Shown here: in pieces, positions 30,716-61,179 of the stretch
Position numbering within the stretch: position 1 is the first letter of the stretch
How the letters are laid out: each line of letters begins with the position of its first letter
Source: Amoebidium appalachense
Lineage: Eukaryota; Protista; Ichthyosporea
NCBI GenBank assembly: GCA_963693365.1
Contig: CAVNZM010000002.1
Coordinates: 3,922,259-3,986,258, forward strand
Length of the DNA stretch: 64,000 nucleotides
Reading direction: 5' to 3'
Notes under the pieces: generated by a model
What the model saw: only the letters and a program-made list of their open reading frames with translations
The model's database searches: none
Told to the model about the DNA's origin: nothing
Position numbers and translations under genes: made by a program

Positions 30716-31540
30716 GGGGGACGACTCGTGATTTATGGGAGGTGGATACATATGTCATAAACACATTCACGCATGCAGGCGCATCGTGCAGGCGCATACA
30801 CATACACAAGTGCGGGCGCACACCGTGATACACATGTGTGCGCGCGTGTGTACCATACATACATGCAGATGCAGACACACGTGTGTGCACACGCACCGTG
30901 AGACAGACAGACAGACACACACACACACACACACAGACATGCACACCTTTGAAACACACACAAACACAGGGATGCGGGCACACACACACACACACACGGG
31001 CACACAAATGTTTTGCCCTGAGCTTGTTGGGTGTCATGCACGTCCTTTTCAAATCTACATACTGTAACATTGCACTCCCACTAGCACCAGGTGACACATA
31101 GGTCAATCGAACATACCTTTTTGACAATTTACTGGCAAACTAAATTTTGGTAAGAACTGCTCTAAATGCATGACCTTTTGCACTGACGATAGTTTATTGG
31201 AAAGATATGGCACGTGTTGATCTTTTTGGTGTTCGTTACTGGCCTATTGATAGTTTTTTTGGTGCTTATTTTACTGATCTATCAAAGATGTAGAATCTCT
31301 ATCAGCTTCATATTTGTATGAGCCTAAGTGCAATTGATAAGGGGGATAATAATAATTTAGAACTGCTCTTTGTCAGAGACATAGAAACTAGACAGCGTCT
31401 TTTGGATAATCTTTTATTTATTATAAAAATAACCACCAAACTCTTGCCACCGTATCATCACCTTGTTTGCATGCCTGTACGGAGCAGTGCAATAATCAGT
31501 GTAGCTCTGAAAAACGTGCAACTATGGATGGCCAACACAT

Positions 31541-31757
31541 CTTCATAAGGGATTCTTGATTTCGAAACGGGGAGGGGGGTAGTAGTAACGTTGGGGGGGG
31601 GGACCCACCCCCCCCTTTGGACAGGTGGGTCCCCCCCCCCCCCTCCCCCCCCCCCCCCGCGGAGGGGGGAGGAGGGGACCCACCCACCGAGTCCGGCTAG
31701 CAGGGGGAGGGGGAGGGGGGACCCACCACCCACCTGAGCAGGGTGGGTCCCCCCCCC

Positions 31758-31795
<38 letters not shown>

Positions 31796-32058
31796 AGGGG
31801 GACCCACCCACCCCATAGGCTGACATTATGTGAAGGTAATATATCAGATAACCTGATCACATAAAATACTTTAATCAGCAGCAGTTTACATACACTGGCG
31901 GCCAAAACGTAAACATTGAGGCTAACTAATAGGATTCCTTGATCACTTGCAACTCAGGCTATATGCCATACGGTCATACCCCCCCCCCCCCCCCCCCCCC
32001 TCCCCTCGGGGGGGGCACGAACGGGTGGGAAGAGAGAGAGAGAGAGTGTGTGTGTGTA

Positions 32059-32101
<43 letters not shown>

Positions 32102-32183
32102 TGTGTGACACTGTGTGCATGTGTGCGTGTGCGTGTACGGGCGCGCACGCGCGCGCGTGTCTGTGTCTGTGTGTGTGTACGTA

Positions 32184-32237
<54 letters not shown>

Positions 32238-32740
32238 CACTGTGTGTACATACGTGTGTGTGCGTGTGCGTGTACGGCCGTGCATGCGCGCGCGTGCACG
32301 TGTGTGTGTGCATGTATGTATGGGTGCGCGCGCGTGTGTGTGTCGTACGTGTATGTGTGTGTGCACGTGAGTGTGCGTGTGTATGGGGGGGGGGGGGGGG
32401 GGGGGGGGGGAGGAAGAGGAACGGGATATGCATCAGTGGCCAAAACGAATACCGTCTTTGGTGGGTGGAACTTCGGTGACTCTTTAATCATTGGGCCATG
32501 ATCACGTGCACGCAGGGGGGGAAGGGGGGGGGGGGAGGGGGGGGGGGGAGGGGGGGGGGGGGGGGGGACCCACCACCCCACTCGGCCAGGTGGGTCCCTC
32601 CTCCCCCCCGGGGGGGGGAGGAAACCCACCCACCCCTGTGGCTACCTTGGGGAGGGGGGGGAGGGGGGTACCACCAGGGGGGAAGTCGATATTTACTACT
32701 CTCCTTCCCCCCATTCTCAAATTCAAAAATCCCTAATAAT
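31541..32740. mobile_element. Putative non-autonomous foldback/MITE-like element with degenerate terminal inverted repeats and GGGACCCACC subterminal motifs
   Basis: The reverse complement of 31545-31588 (ttactactacccccctccccgtttcgaaatcaagaatccctta) resembles 32693-32736 (ttactactctccttcccccattctcaaattcaaaaatcccta). About 9 GGGACCCACC/GGTGGGTCCC motifs lie in the two arms. Confidence 0.5.
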
Positions 32741-32773
32741 GGCCAATCAGATTATAATAATAACAAATAGCTT

Positions 32774-33336
32774 TATATATATATATATATATATATCCCG
32801 TTTCACTCCCGGCCAGGCACTGCCTCAGGGGAGCTTACCGTCTCTAGACACAGATCGTACTGTATAGCACACTCAGGATTCTAATTGACCCCAACTGGCA
32901 CTATTTTTAGTTACGCCTTATCCCACAGTTCTAGCCGCAGCAACGCTAGTGGGGAAGTGAGCACAGCTCACTTTAACAACACCAGCCGGGAGCGACCCGG
33001 GACACATACACAAACATAAAGACTTGAAAGGGGAAGACCCCATGCCCAGGACGCTGACCCGAACCGTGGCCGGTGACTCGGATTGGTCTCCCAGGGCTGG
33101 GATGCCCAAGCGGCGCGCCGTCGACGTCAGAGGGCCAGTGCTGTTCATGACGTCATGTCTTGCGGCCGAATGATAACAAATTGGTGGTGCTGCTTGACGT
33201 GGTCTGGGGTGAATGGCTTCTAGGGGGCGGCCAGACAGGATCGACCCTGCGCAAGGCCTCCTAAATAGCACAACTTCCTTGACCCTGCGACTTTGAGCTT
33301 GACACGCAGAGATCTTACCATTGCACCAACCCGCCC
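32774..33336 (-). mobile_element. tRNA-derived SINE-like element ending in (TA)n
   Basis: Minus-strand head 33336-33223 has GGGCGG..CCGCCC acceptor-like pairing, an A-box TGGTGCAATGG, a B-box-like GGTCGATCC and a tRNA-Asp-like TGTCA loop. A ~430-nt GC-rich body follows, then a (TA)11 tail at 32774-32796. Confidence 0.55.
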
Positions 33337-35675
33337 GTGACAAACACACCGACCAGCCTGCCTCACCGATAAATTCGTGCCATTCATTCCACACGTGCAC
33401 ATGCGTTTAGATACTGTACTACTAAGCTGCACCGTATACGTACCACGCACACACATGCACACCAACACACCCGCACAGGGGGGAGGGCATACACAGCTTT
33501 GCAGGGATCCTGACCATGGAGATGCAATTTACGACCACACGCACCCCAAAAGGCTCCCCAGCAGATGTCGAACAAGACCCCCAACCACGAAAGGATTTAA
33601 ACGCTGTGAAGAGGAAGGAATCTTTAACAGTGCCCAACTTTGAGCGCAAGTGCTGTGGATGTGCACGCACTCTCACGGCCCAGCCGGGGTTAAAGGAGTC
33701 ACTGTCATGCCAACCCCTACCGTTGGGTTTGCCTAAAAAGGGGACGGGGGAGGGTGGTGAGGCAGAGGAGGAGGGAGGGGTGGAGATGATTGCTGTCCCT
33801 GCTTTGAGTCCAAAGAAAGCGAGGAAATGAGCGTTGCGACTGGTGTGGAATTCTATGCACAGTGAAAGGATACAAAGGAAGTTTCGGCTCATGTGGAGAA
33901 GTGCCAAATTTAAACTGGTGAATTTTGGATGGCGGCATTCGAAGGCAGGCACGGGCAAAATTTGTCCGACTACGCTACATTCCTACTGGAGGGAGACATA
34001 TTTTTTGGGCAACGTATAGCTCCCTGATCTGTTTTCTTTGTGCTTTTTCATGCCCGAATGCCCCTGTAAGCCTCCTGTTTGTTGACGTGAAGCTGTGTAC
34101 ATGCACTGATGATAAATCTTACTTGTTTGATGAGAGAACTCAAATACATTACAAATAAATGTGACCACAGATAATTGAATAACGTGTTCGTGCGCGTTTT
34201 GAGTGAACATCAGTTCTTTTGCCGACATGTACATCACGAGGGACCACACACACACACACACACAGAGTAGCACACCGATGTCCGACAGATATTGCAGTTA
34301 AATGGCTTGCATAAGGAACACAGCTGCAGTGAAGCTGGCGACTCTAAGCCCACACTTGAACGCACACATTAACCCGTGTATCACACACATTACCACGGTG
34401 CGTAAGAACTGTGTTTTGCAATATTCAGTACACCACTGGCCAATCCCGGTGGTGTCACTGACCCTGACAGTATGTAGTGTGTGTGCGTGCAATGTGTGTG
34501 ATACACAAGTTAATGTGTGCAAGCGTGTGTGTGTATGTGCGCGTGTGTGTGTGTATGTGTGTGTGTGTGTGCGCGCGTGTGTGTCACGGTGTTTGGGGGG
34601 GAAAAGGGGAGGCGCGGGGAGGGGGGGGAGGAGAGGGGGAGCGCGGGGGGGGGGGGGGGGGGGGTTCAAGATGACGAATGACATGATATGAGGTTTGTAT
34701 TTATATATTTGACAGAATTCAAGATAAAAGAACCTTTAATACATTCGTATTTGACCCTTAGTACATAGCTGGTTTTAAGTAAATCAAAATCATTCAGAAT
34801 ATAGAAAAAGTTGGTAGAAGGGGGCAGACCATATGCATTCATGATACGGTCACGTTAAATTAAGGCACGACGACCAAGCAATAGATAAACGCGAGTCTTA
34901 GCCGAGTCATAAACTAGATAAATGCTTGAGTGGGATCCGGATGTATCAATATTTCCTAATCATCCCAAGAAAAAAAATAATAAAAAAAATAAATAGATAA
35001 ATAAATAGATAAATATCTTAAAAAAAATCCTGACCGGAAAGCCGCAATATATGTAAGGAACTTCACAACCGTTACATAAAAGATGTGTGTGTGTGTGTGT
35101 GTGCTTGAATGGATGACAGATAAATATACATCACGATTCATTACACACACCTACACACCCAATATTTGGAACAGCCAACACACTCAAATTCCTTACCTGC
35201 CCATACATACACTTATTCGGCCTGATAGCGAAAAAGTACCATACCCACGGTACCAGGGTCTGAACTAGGCATTTCTACTGTATATCGTCTTTATATCGTC
35301 TTTACAACGTGGGATTCAATGATTGAGTATCGCTATATGTGAAAAAAGCCCGGTTTTTAGGCATCACTGGGCGCAAATTCGAAGAAATATTGGATATATA
35401 CCATCATGCTTGGAAGGTGTACACACCACTGCTCATTCACACCAACTCCTTCCAGGGCACAAAAAACCTTGCCTCGTATCTTTTCTTGACTGAAACCTGC
35501 CGAAAAAACCGCCGGTTTTCTTCTCCGCCAAAACGTGAAATTCAACATAAGGGGGTTTTTGGCCTCAGCGAACCATCAAGCACCACTGTGTCCCCACCGA
35601 AAAATGTGAAGTTTCAATGGGGCTCTTCTGCACCTGAAAACCCTCCGATTTTTCACCACCGAAAAGCGTGAAATT

Positions 35676-52522
<16,847 letters not shown>

Positions 52523-52651
52523 CTGGGGATATACATACACGATAGAATTGGGGCTAGAATAAGATGCGGGGAGACAAAACGAAAAAAAGAAAACAAAAAG
52601 AAAACCCCAGAAAATGATTTCTGAAACGACTCTTGTCCGGCAGTCATAACA

Positions 52652-52684
<33 letters not shown>

Positions 52685-52768
52685 CACACACACACACACA
52701 CCCAAAAAAATAAAAAAATAAAAAATAAAAAATAAAAAAAGAAAAGAAAAGAAAAGAAAAGAAAAGGA

Positions 52769-52799
<31 letters not shown>

Positions 52800-52864
52800 A
52801 AATATCCTCTCACATCCAGGCACCCACCCGCTCACCAAACTGGAACGACTGGAACCCCCCGACG

Positions 52865-52916
<52 letters not shown>

Positions 52917-54804
52917 ACACACACCACACCACCACCAAACCCCCACCAAAAAAAAAAGAAAGAAAGAAAAAGAATAATAAAAACCAACCTGCAGACAACG
53001 CCAACGACAGCCGCACCCAACAACAACACAAAAAAGAAGTGAAAAATGAACCACTTGTTTTGCACCTCCCCACCCACCATCAAGGCCCGTGCTGAATGAA
53101 CAAAATGATCTCTTGCTCACTACATTCTTTTTTTTTCTTCTTTATTATTTTCCTGACCCCCCCCCCCCCCCCCCCCCCCCCTGCCTGCCTGCCTGCCCAC
53201 CCGCCCAACCCCGCAGCTTAGTGTCACCGTTAACCTTCCATTCAAATACGCGGAGCCCTTTCATTCCTTGAACCATCCCATCAATAAGGGCAGTCTCATC
53301 ATTGTGATCCAATCCTAATAACCCAAATCCTGGGCGTGATCCTTGCCAATTGTCCAATAGAAAAACTAGGACCATCACAACTGCAACCAAAAAAGACGCC
53401 ACAAGACTGCACATGCTCGTTGTTAAATACCATAACTACTGACGAAAGTTTATGATTGCCGTGCCTGAGGACGTCCTTTGTACAGTCTCTGGCCTATGAA
53501 CACCCATACAGCTATTATGGCTCGAGTTGTACTGTATAATTGTATACCGACCATTAACGGAAGAAGGTGCGACCAGTCGACAACAAAAAATGTAAGTGCT
53601 CCATCTGCAGCAGTGTTACTGAGCAAGAAGATGCTTACCGGGCTATTAGAAAGACGCCTGCGACTCCCCACCCACCCACCCACCCACCCATCCCACACCA
53701 CCACCACCACCAACACCCACCCACCCCAATCCCCTCCCCTCCCCTCCCCCCCTTTTCTTCGTACCAGCGAATGGACCTATCCTCAACCCCATCCCCATGG
53801 CACGCACTTACCCCCCATCCTCATGTGCATCATGGTTGCCTTGGGCGTCATTTCGACTCCAGAGCGTGTTAAACATCGGTGAAACCTACGTGCCCGTGGC
53901 ACATGCTCCCTGCCCAGTTTATGTAGGTGTTGGCATGGCGCCGCCTCACAAAGGGTCGTAACAATTTGCAAGAGCACCGATGACCTCTTTATACCACTGA
54001 ATGCAAGGGAAAAAAGTGTTTGTTGTTAATTTTAAAGCTTGTCCATGAATTTTTCTTTAGACAGCGATTACGATCAACAAAGAGCCAGTTCAAAGCGCTG
54101 ATGAATGCCCAACTATACGAGTACGACCAAGCTTGTGCCAATGAAGAGGTTACAGTTGTGGGTTGGGCAACGCAACACGGACTTTTTGTGCCCTTCCCCT
54201 TATTGCTAGAGTACTTCAGACCTCACGAAACGTTTTTAGCAAAAGAAAATCCCCAGATTATTGGGTCTACCCACTGTTGCAGGTGCCCCAAACGCTGAAT
54301 CGCATGGTCCTAATGTCGTGCTTTTTTTGGCCGTCCTCTTCAAAGGAAAGTAAAGGGTAAATGTTAGATAACTACAGCTTACGTTATAGTAATATAACAA
54401 TTTTTATGTTGCTAACAATAGCTGTGATGGGCTTGAAATTACACGTAAGCACCCTCACTAACTCCTGAAATCGCTTGTTCTTGACCTAAATTTCGCCCGA
54501 ACAGATCTTTTGCATTATATAAGTTCTGGAGCAACGTGACGTCACAAAGTTCATTGACGCACCACCTTACGTAAGAATCTGAGCAAAGCGATACGCTATT
54601 GGTCAAAAAAGCATCAGTTTGACATGAAAAAAAAAAACAAAAAAAAACGAAGGGTGCTGCGGTGACGGATGATACATAGGCTCACGGTCCACAAGGAGGC
54701 TCCATTGAATATTTAAATAAGCAGCACTATATTGGTCGGGCCCTTGCACGACGATAGCAGTGAGTTGTGCCTGTCACAGATCTAGGTATACCTCCCCCCC
54801 CCTT

Positions 54805-54835
<31 letters not shown>

Positions 54836-55794
54836 GGCCCGGCCCCCCCGCCCCCCCCCCCCCCCCCACCGAGTCCCCGCCCGCCGAAGAACCCCGAGCC
54901 CACACTTTCGTGGTGTAGGTTTACCCATACACGCACACCAGCACGTAACCCGTGACAAGCCGGCATGACCGTGATGCAGCTCCATTTTCCCTTTACGTTG
55001 AACTCACAGGTTCAACCCCATTTTGGGCTTCTGCGGAGTCAGCATGCATTGTTTTCTCTGTACGTCTGTAGCACTTGTCTGCAATTTCATCCAGGATCCA
55101 TAGGGGACTGCAAAGGCAGAACGATTATGTTTGTTGAGTCCCGGGGCATGGGTGCCCGTGTAATAAAGGTCTGCTCCATTTAGTTGCCCTGACAGTCAGC
55201 GCCTGCAATTGGCATACGTGTGGGGCCAAAGTAAGAACACCACATATAAACCAGGCGGATGTGTACGCTTGATCAGTGAAAATGTTAGTGTTTCACAAAA
55301 TATATGAGCTCCGAATATTGAGTTATAACACTAGTACGAAGTGAGGCAACCCTGTAAACTAAAACAACAACGGAGTTTTGTTCAAGTTTGCCAGGGCCCA
55401 GCCCTAACGTGTACATCATAATACATATATATCTGATTATTAAATAAAGTGAAAGTCACATATCACTTCCTGCCAGGCAAGATGTTTACACAGCTATACA
55501 TACCCTGCACTTTACAGGGCAAACGATCATAATTTTAGTACTTACTCACTAACATCAGCACACCATTTTGGTTCACACAGTATAACTATTAGTTTTACCA
55601 CTTATGAAGGAACGGGCATCACTCTGCCCAGGTGTCTTTTGAACACCAACGTAAAAAACACTCACGAAAAGCAAAGAAGCTCATATAAATCACCATAGCG
55701 CAGTTCATACCTTGCAATTTTTTTTCAACCATTTATCAAAAAATGCTACACTTGAAAGGGATGCATGAATCTCAAAACAACCATCTAGCTAGGA

Positions 55795-57399
55795 TTATCG
55801 ATTAGGAGAAGGAGGTGCCCTCATCGGTCCACCAAAAAATTGCGGCGAAGGTGGTGCAAGTGGGAAAAACGGGGCCGTTGAAGGACCCCTTGGCGAGAGA
55901 GGGGCAGGTGGAAATTCTGGTGGTGCAAGCCCCAGATGGGGAGACCGCGGTGGGGCCATCTGTGGGGATGGTGGTGGTCTCAGTTGCCCAAACGAACCCG
56001 GACCTTGCAGGTGCGGAGATGGGGGAGCCAGAAACGATGTTGACTGTGTAGACAACAAACCCCCTTGTTGCTGTGCTGGGAACTCGGGTGTGTCCCCGTA
56101 CACGCCGTATGTAAGGCTGTGTGTCGAAGTCACGCTCTCTAGTGACGCCCTTCCACCCTCCGGCCTTGGAGACTGTGGAACCCTGGGTGGACCGCCGTTA
56201 TGGTTGTTCCAACCGTTCGTGTTCTCACTGTATCCAAATGGAAACTCCGAGTCTTGCATCTTGCCCCGGCGCGGCCGTTTCGGTGCTCGCGGGGAGGGGC
56301 TTCTTGGGCCACCCCCCCCCAATGCATCGGTGGGTAAGCGAAGATTCTGTCCCCATTTCTCTCCGGGAAGATTGATGCCACACGCCTCCAAAACAACCGC
56401 GAGGTCACTGTGGTTGCGCGAGCCAATTCGCAACACAGCACGGCCCTGCCTTCGTAACTCCGCCTGTGTCTGACGGAAGATGGCATCGTTAGAAACGATG
56501 GTTAACCACGTGCTCTTGGGTAGGTTGAGAGCAAGTGACTGTGCTTTCATGATGAGAAGGGAATCCGCGCTGTCTTTAACCTGCATACCCTCTATCAAAA
56601 GGAGACGCCCGTCCTGTTTGAGGCTACTTGTAGCCGCTTCTACCTCTCCCTTGCGTATGGAAGGAGAATCACGACGGTAGTAGGCGGCGACGAAGACGGA
56701 AGCTGGAAGGGAAAAAGGGAGTGATTGAAAGAAATTTGGCCAATTGTCCAAGTCTACAAGAAGGACATGCTCGCATGTTTTTGACTGTTTCAATCGTGTG
56801 GTCCACTCGTGTTCCTCGCCTTCGTCACCATCGGATTCGGGTGGCTGGGAAACGGGATTTTGGGCAGCCTTTGCCTCTGTGTTTGCTTGCGCATTCATGG
56901 TCGTAATCCCGATTTCATTGCCCAGAAGTGAATTGATGTGCTTGCTCAGGATTCGTGCGGATTGACGACGCTGAGGGGTGAAAACGCCGTTCTGTGCCCC
57001 CTGCACTGAGTCATGGTTGTCCGTTCGATTTGGCGTGTTTGAAACATCAGCCCCGACGAGTTTTCTCAGTCGCTCCAACTGCTCCGTGTCGAGGGAAATG
57101 CTGTTGCCTACACCCCACTTTTCCTTCTCACTTGGAGAGAGATTAGCTATAAAAAGCTGTGTTACCCGCCGACAAATTGTCTTGTAAAGGTCTCTTTCGA
57201 TGTGCCCCGAGAGTTGGCATGCGTTCAGAAGCTCCTTAACAGACTCAGCAACTGCTTTTTTCGCCCCTTCTTTGTTAAACTCTGCCCCCGAACGCATGTT
57301 TGTGCCTGAGCCACCAGGTAGCTCCCTGGGGATGTGTGAGTCATCTTGTGGTTCTGACTTGGTCGGCTTTCGCCGAAGAGATGCCTTTCTTGAGGACAT
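55795..57399 (-). CDS. Intronless protein with a ZNF451-type PIN-like (NYN/PIN superfamily) domain and a Pro/Ser-rich C-terminus, 534 aa
   Basis: Clean ORF. VLLVDLDNWPNFF..KDSADSLL..LTIVSNDAIF..LRRQGRAV is the PIN/NYN acidic pattern (DxxN, KDxxD, S[GN]DxxF). The C-terminus has repeated PxSP motifs. Confidence 0.8.
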   Translation of the reverse strand: MSSRKASLRRKPTKSEPQDDSHIPRELPGGSGTNMRSGAEFNKEGAKKAVAESVKELLNACQLSGHIERDLYKTICRRVTQLFIANLSPSEKEKWGVGNSISLDTEQLERLRKLVGADVSNTPNRTDNHDSVQGAQNGVFTPQRRQSARILSKHINSLLGNEIGITTMNAQANTEAKAAQNPVSQPPESDGDEGEEHEWTTRLKQSKTCEHVLLVDLDNWPNFFQSLPFSLPASVFVAAYYRRDSPSIRKGEVEAATSSLKQDGRLLLIEGMQVKDSADSLLIMKAQSLALNLPKSTWLTIVSNDAIFRQTQAELRRQGRAVLRIGSRNHSDLAVVLEACGINLPGEKWGQNLRLPTDALGGGGPRSPSPRAPKRPRRGKMQDSEFPFGYSENTNGWNNHNGGPPRVPQSPRPEGGRASLESVTSTHSLTYGVYGDTPEFPAQQQGGLLSTQSTSFLAPPSPHLQGPGSFGQLRPPPSPQMAPPRSPHLGLAPPEFPPAPLSPRGPSTAPFFPLAPPSPQFFGGPMRAPPSPNR

Positions 57400-59421
57400 T
57401 TTACCCTCTAGAACAACCTTTTGGTGGAAAAAAGTCTGTCTAGCGCTATCTATTCACAAAACGATGATTCATGGCTGATGACGAACAGAAAAACGCGATT
57501 TCTTTAATATATAGAACAATAAAACATGTGCAAAAACCAATATCTCTGACCTTTTTGGGATAATTATTGCTTGGATGAGTGTACGAGATAGCCAAAAGAA
57601 CAACTACCGAAACGAGCTGGACGTCGACGTTGACACTGTGACGAAGCCTTCAGTGTGACCGTTGGGTTGCCCTCGATACTGTCAAGCTTCGAGGTACGAC
57701 GTACGGTATTTTGCGAAGACCGAGGAGTCTCTATATTAGAGCCTCGTACCTGAAGTGCTTGGTTCTATACATTTATTTCTAGGTCCTATTATGGATCTAT
57801 AATTATTCAACTGTCTAGAGTAACCTGCCCCACACAGTACTGCTGGTTGATTGCATAGGCTCTCCAAGTACATTATCACTGTGCGCCACCACAATATATT
57901 ATCGAGGAAAGGTTAAGATACTAACGCGGTAGAGCACATTCCACTTACCTAACTACTTGAGTACTTCGCCGGCTCCAGGGGTTGCAAGGACCAGGCATTT
58001 TTAACCGTATTTTAGCATAGTACGGGAATTTTGACACCCTTGGCGGTTTTTCGAATAATTAAATGTCGTTTTAATCGTTCATTAAAATTGTAAATACGAC
58101 ATTTTCGAGTCATGATTCAACCCCTGGCCGGCTCAGTTGTTGCCAAACACGGGCTGAATTGACTCAAGTTTGCCCACAGCTCTCAGAAGCTCATAGTTTT
58201 CACACTGTTTTTTTTTTCTTCCCGAACCAACTTACAAGGTTTGAGTTCAAGAAGCCAAAACGAAGAAAGGGTAATTCTAAGCTCATATAGTTACTACACT
58301 GGTATTGCTAATAACTGCAGGGTTTTTGCAAAGTTAAGGTAACGGATTGAGCAAGCGCAGTTCCTCATACGGTAGTGCTCTCTCTCACCCTTTCTTCGCA
58401 CGTAGAGTTAGGAGGACAGGAACGTTAGGGAGTTTGGCTGTGTTATGTAGTTTAGAAAAAGGAAGGTCCTGGCCTCAATTGATTGTTTCTTCTTGGCTTG
58501 ATTCAATACGTTTATTCGGCTGAATGCTCTTTCTTCTTGGCTTGGGTGTCACGCTTTCTTTGTTTTGAATGGACTGATCTCTTGGCTATGTCTACTTCAC
58601 ACGGGATCCTGTCACACCCCTTTCGTGCCATATCTTTGCTCAGACTTATTACAGGTGCAATCTTTTTCAAAATTGCTGTTTCCTTGTAACGACTTTGGTT
58701 TGGATAGATAGCTAAGAGTTGTGTTGGTATGTGGCACTGTAAGTACGTTTTACTTCCGTTCTGTGGCGATCTACTGCCTCTGGAAGAGAGGGTGTGGTTA
58801 TCTTTGTCTTCGACTGAGAGTCTGGAGGGGGGCAAGAAGGGGGGGGGGGGGGGGGGGAGGCATGGGGTGGAATTTGGTTAGCTTTTTGGGCTCTTTAATA
58901 CTGGTCTTTTGGTGGTGTTTGTTTCTCAGTTGTCTGTCTGTCGAGCAGTCGGTGGGGTTTCAGAGGCAAGATATCTGTATAGCAGGTACAACACAGTTGA
59001 GCATCGGGTGCGACATTGTTTGCTTGCTTGTTTGTGATCAAGTGGAAAGGGGGTGTAGGGTCGGGGGACCCCCAGGAGAGGTGGGGGGGGGAGGGAGGGA
59101 GGGGGGATAGGACTGTCAAGCTGGGTTTGGGTGCCAAATGTTTGTTATTGTTCATCGTCGGTGTTGCCCTCCCACCTCTCTTCGAGCAGTGTGAGTGAAA
59201 GCACAGTGGAAGGGAGCAAGAGAACTGGGTTGATTCCTTAGACTAAGTGAGGTTGACTGGAGGTTCAAATGAGATAGTGAGAAGGGCTTGTCGGCCCACC
59301 TAACTAGCCAGTCAACCCCAACGCACTACTCCCCCTCCCCCCCCCTCCCCCCTCCTTCTCCCCCAGTTGGCAAGCGTGACTTTCTCTTTGGCTTTTTCTT
59401 ACTATGCATTCTGTTTCCATG

Positions 59422-59459
<38 letters not shown>

Positions 59460-59846
59460 TTCCCCTCCCTCCCTCCCCACTTGCCCTCCTGGGGAGGCCC
59501 GCGCTTGTTCGTGACAATCTGGTTAGAGCAAAACCCAATTTGGAGCAGTAGTTCGCAAATGCCAGCAAAAGGTTATTGGACTTTTGGTGACCGGGAACCC
59601 AGTTTGCCATATTATTTTATGCTAAACGCTGACAGAGGATTCACATACCTCTCTCCCATGCACTCCTCCCCCTCTCCTTCCCTCCCTCGCGCTCTCTCTC
59701 TCCCTCCCTCTCTCCCTCTCACCTTCACTCTCTCCCTCTCCCTCTCCCTCTCCCTCTCCCTCTCCCTTTCGCTCCCCCTCTCCCTCCACATTACACACAT
59801 GCCACAACCCCCCCCCCTCCCTGCTGTGCAGTGAACAGCCAGCAAG

Positions 59847-60409
59847 ATGCCGCACAGGGACCACACTTCGCACAAGGAGGTCAAGGATGACCGCCACAGC
59901 AAGACGGGCGTGCAGGGTGACCCCAAGAAAGGTATTTGCGCGTGTAAAACACCTGCTTTTTTTTGTTTGTTTGTTATGGTTTTTTTTTTGGTTTTTTTTT
60001 TTGGGGGGGGGGGGGGGAGTTTGCATCTCAAACATATTTCGCTCCTGGAAGACACACCGTTTCCCAATATATCGACTGTGTAAACCTGGAAGACACCTGG
60101 TTTGCTTTTTTTTTGTTTGTTAGTGTGTATCCGTGTATGTGTCTTTGTCTATGTGCCTGTTCTTTTTCTTTCTTTCTTTTTTCTTTTCTTTCTTTGGAAG
60201 AGGAGGGGGTCGGGTGGAGGGGGGGGGGGGGGGGGGGAGGGGGGTTTGGATGAATCTCAAACACATGTTTTGTTGCAGGAGGTGCTGGGGGCCACTACAC
60301 GTGGGGTAAGGCCGGAGATGAGGTCGATGCCGACTCGGGTGTGAACGACCCCAAGGACCCCAACTATGAGGGTGATGAGAAGGCCCCACTGCCTCCTGTC
60401 GTATGTGCC

Positions 60410-60453
<44 letters not shown>

Positions 60454-60981
60454 TCAATAGGCATAGGAACCCCCCTAATGATGGGCTCTGTTGAAGTGTC
60501 TTCTGCCTGCACGCTCAAATTGTTTGATTTAGGGTTTGTCATTTTTGTGACGTTCTGTAGTTTGTTCTTTGGTGCCTCCTCCATATCTCCAACCCTCTAA
60601 CGCATACATCCTCCCCCCTCCCCCCCACCCACTCACCCACCCCCCCACCCCCTCCCCCGTCCTCTTCCCTTCCCTTCTTCCCCCTTCCCGTCAGCTGGGT
60701 TTTGTGTGAGTAGGTCGAAGCTCGGGTACTGTGGATGCCATGGGTTCCCACCAAGGATAGGCTCTACTTATGATGCATGTTGTTTTTGTGTGTTCTTTCT
60801 GCCAGTCTACGTTGTGTTGTCCGTTGTGAATGTGCACTTCGTGATCTCTCTGCAATGTATTCATATGATCCCCCCCCCCCTTCCCCTCCCCCCACGAGGA
60901 AAAAAAGAAACAAACAAAGAAAGAAAGAAGAGAAAAAATTGAAAAGAAAAAGAGAGAAAGAAAGGGGGAAAACTTGATAAA

Positions 60982-61048
<67 letters not shown>

Positions 61049-61140
61049 ACGACCACCACCACCACTACCGCATATTTCTCACACACTGTGTTCGTTTTGC
61101 ATCCCGTTCCCCCCCTCCCCCCCCCCCCCCCCCCCCCCCC

Positions 61141-61179
<39 letters not shown>

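Noticed and set aside
32797-32840. Hammerhead-like motif on the minus strand (CTGAGGCA...GAAAC) at the SINE 3' end
   Set aside because: The core deviates from CUGAnGA and I could not form stems I and III.
33516-34019. Short ORFs (104 aa and 61 aa) after the SINE
   Set aside because: No recognisable domain and no consistent exon chain.
52810-53880. Candidate 5' RasGEF exons (donors at ~53811 and ~53638; ORF 53145-53414)
   Set aside because: Splice-like signals are present but I could not establish a unique in-phase chain.
57687-58132. Imperfect inverted repeats (57687/57744 and 57968/58118)
   Set aside because: Short and bulged, with no target-site duplication or second copy to support an element.
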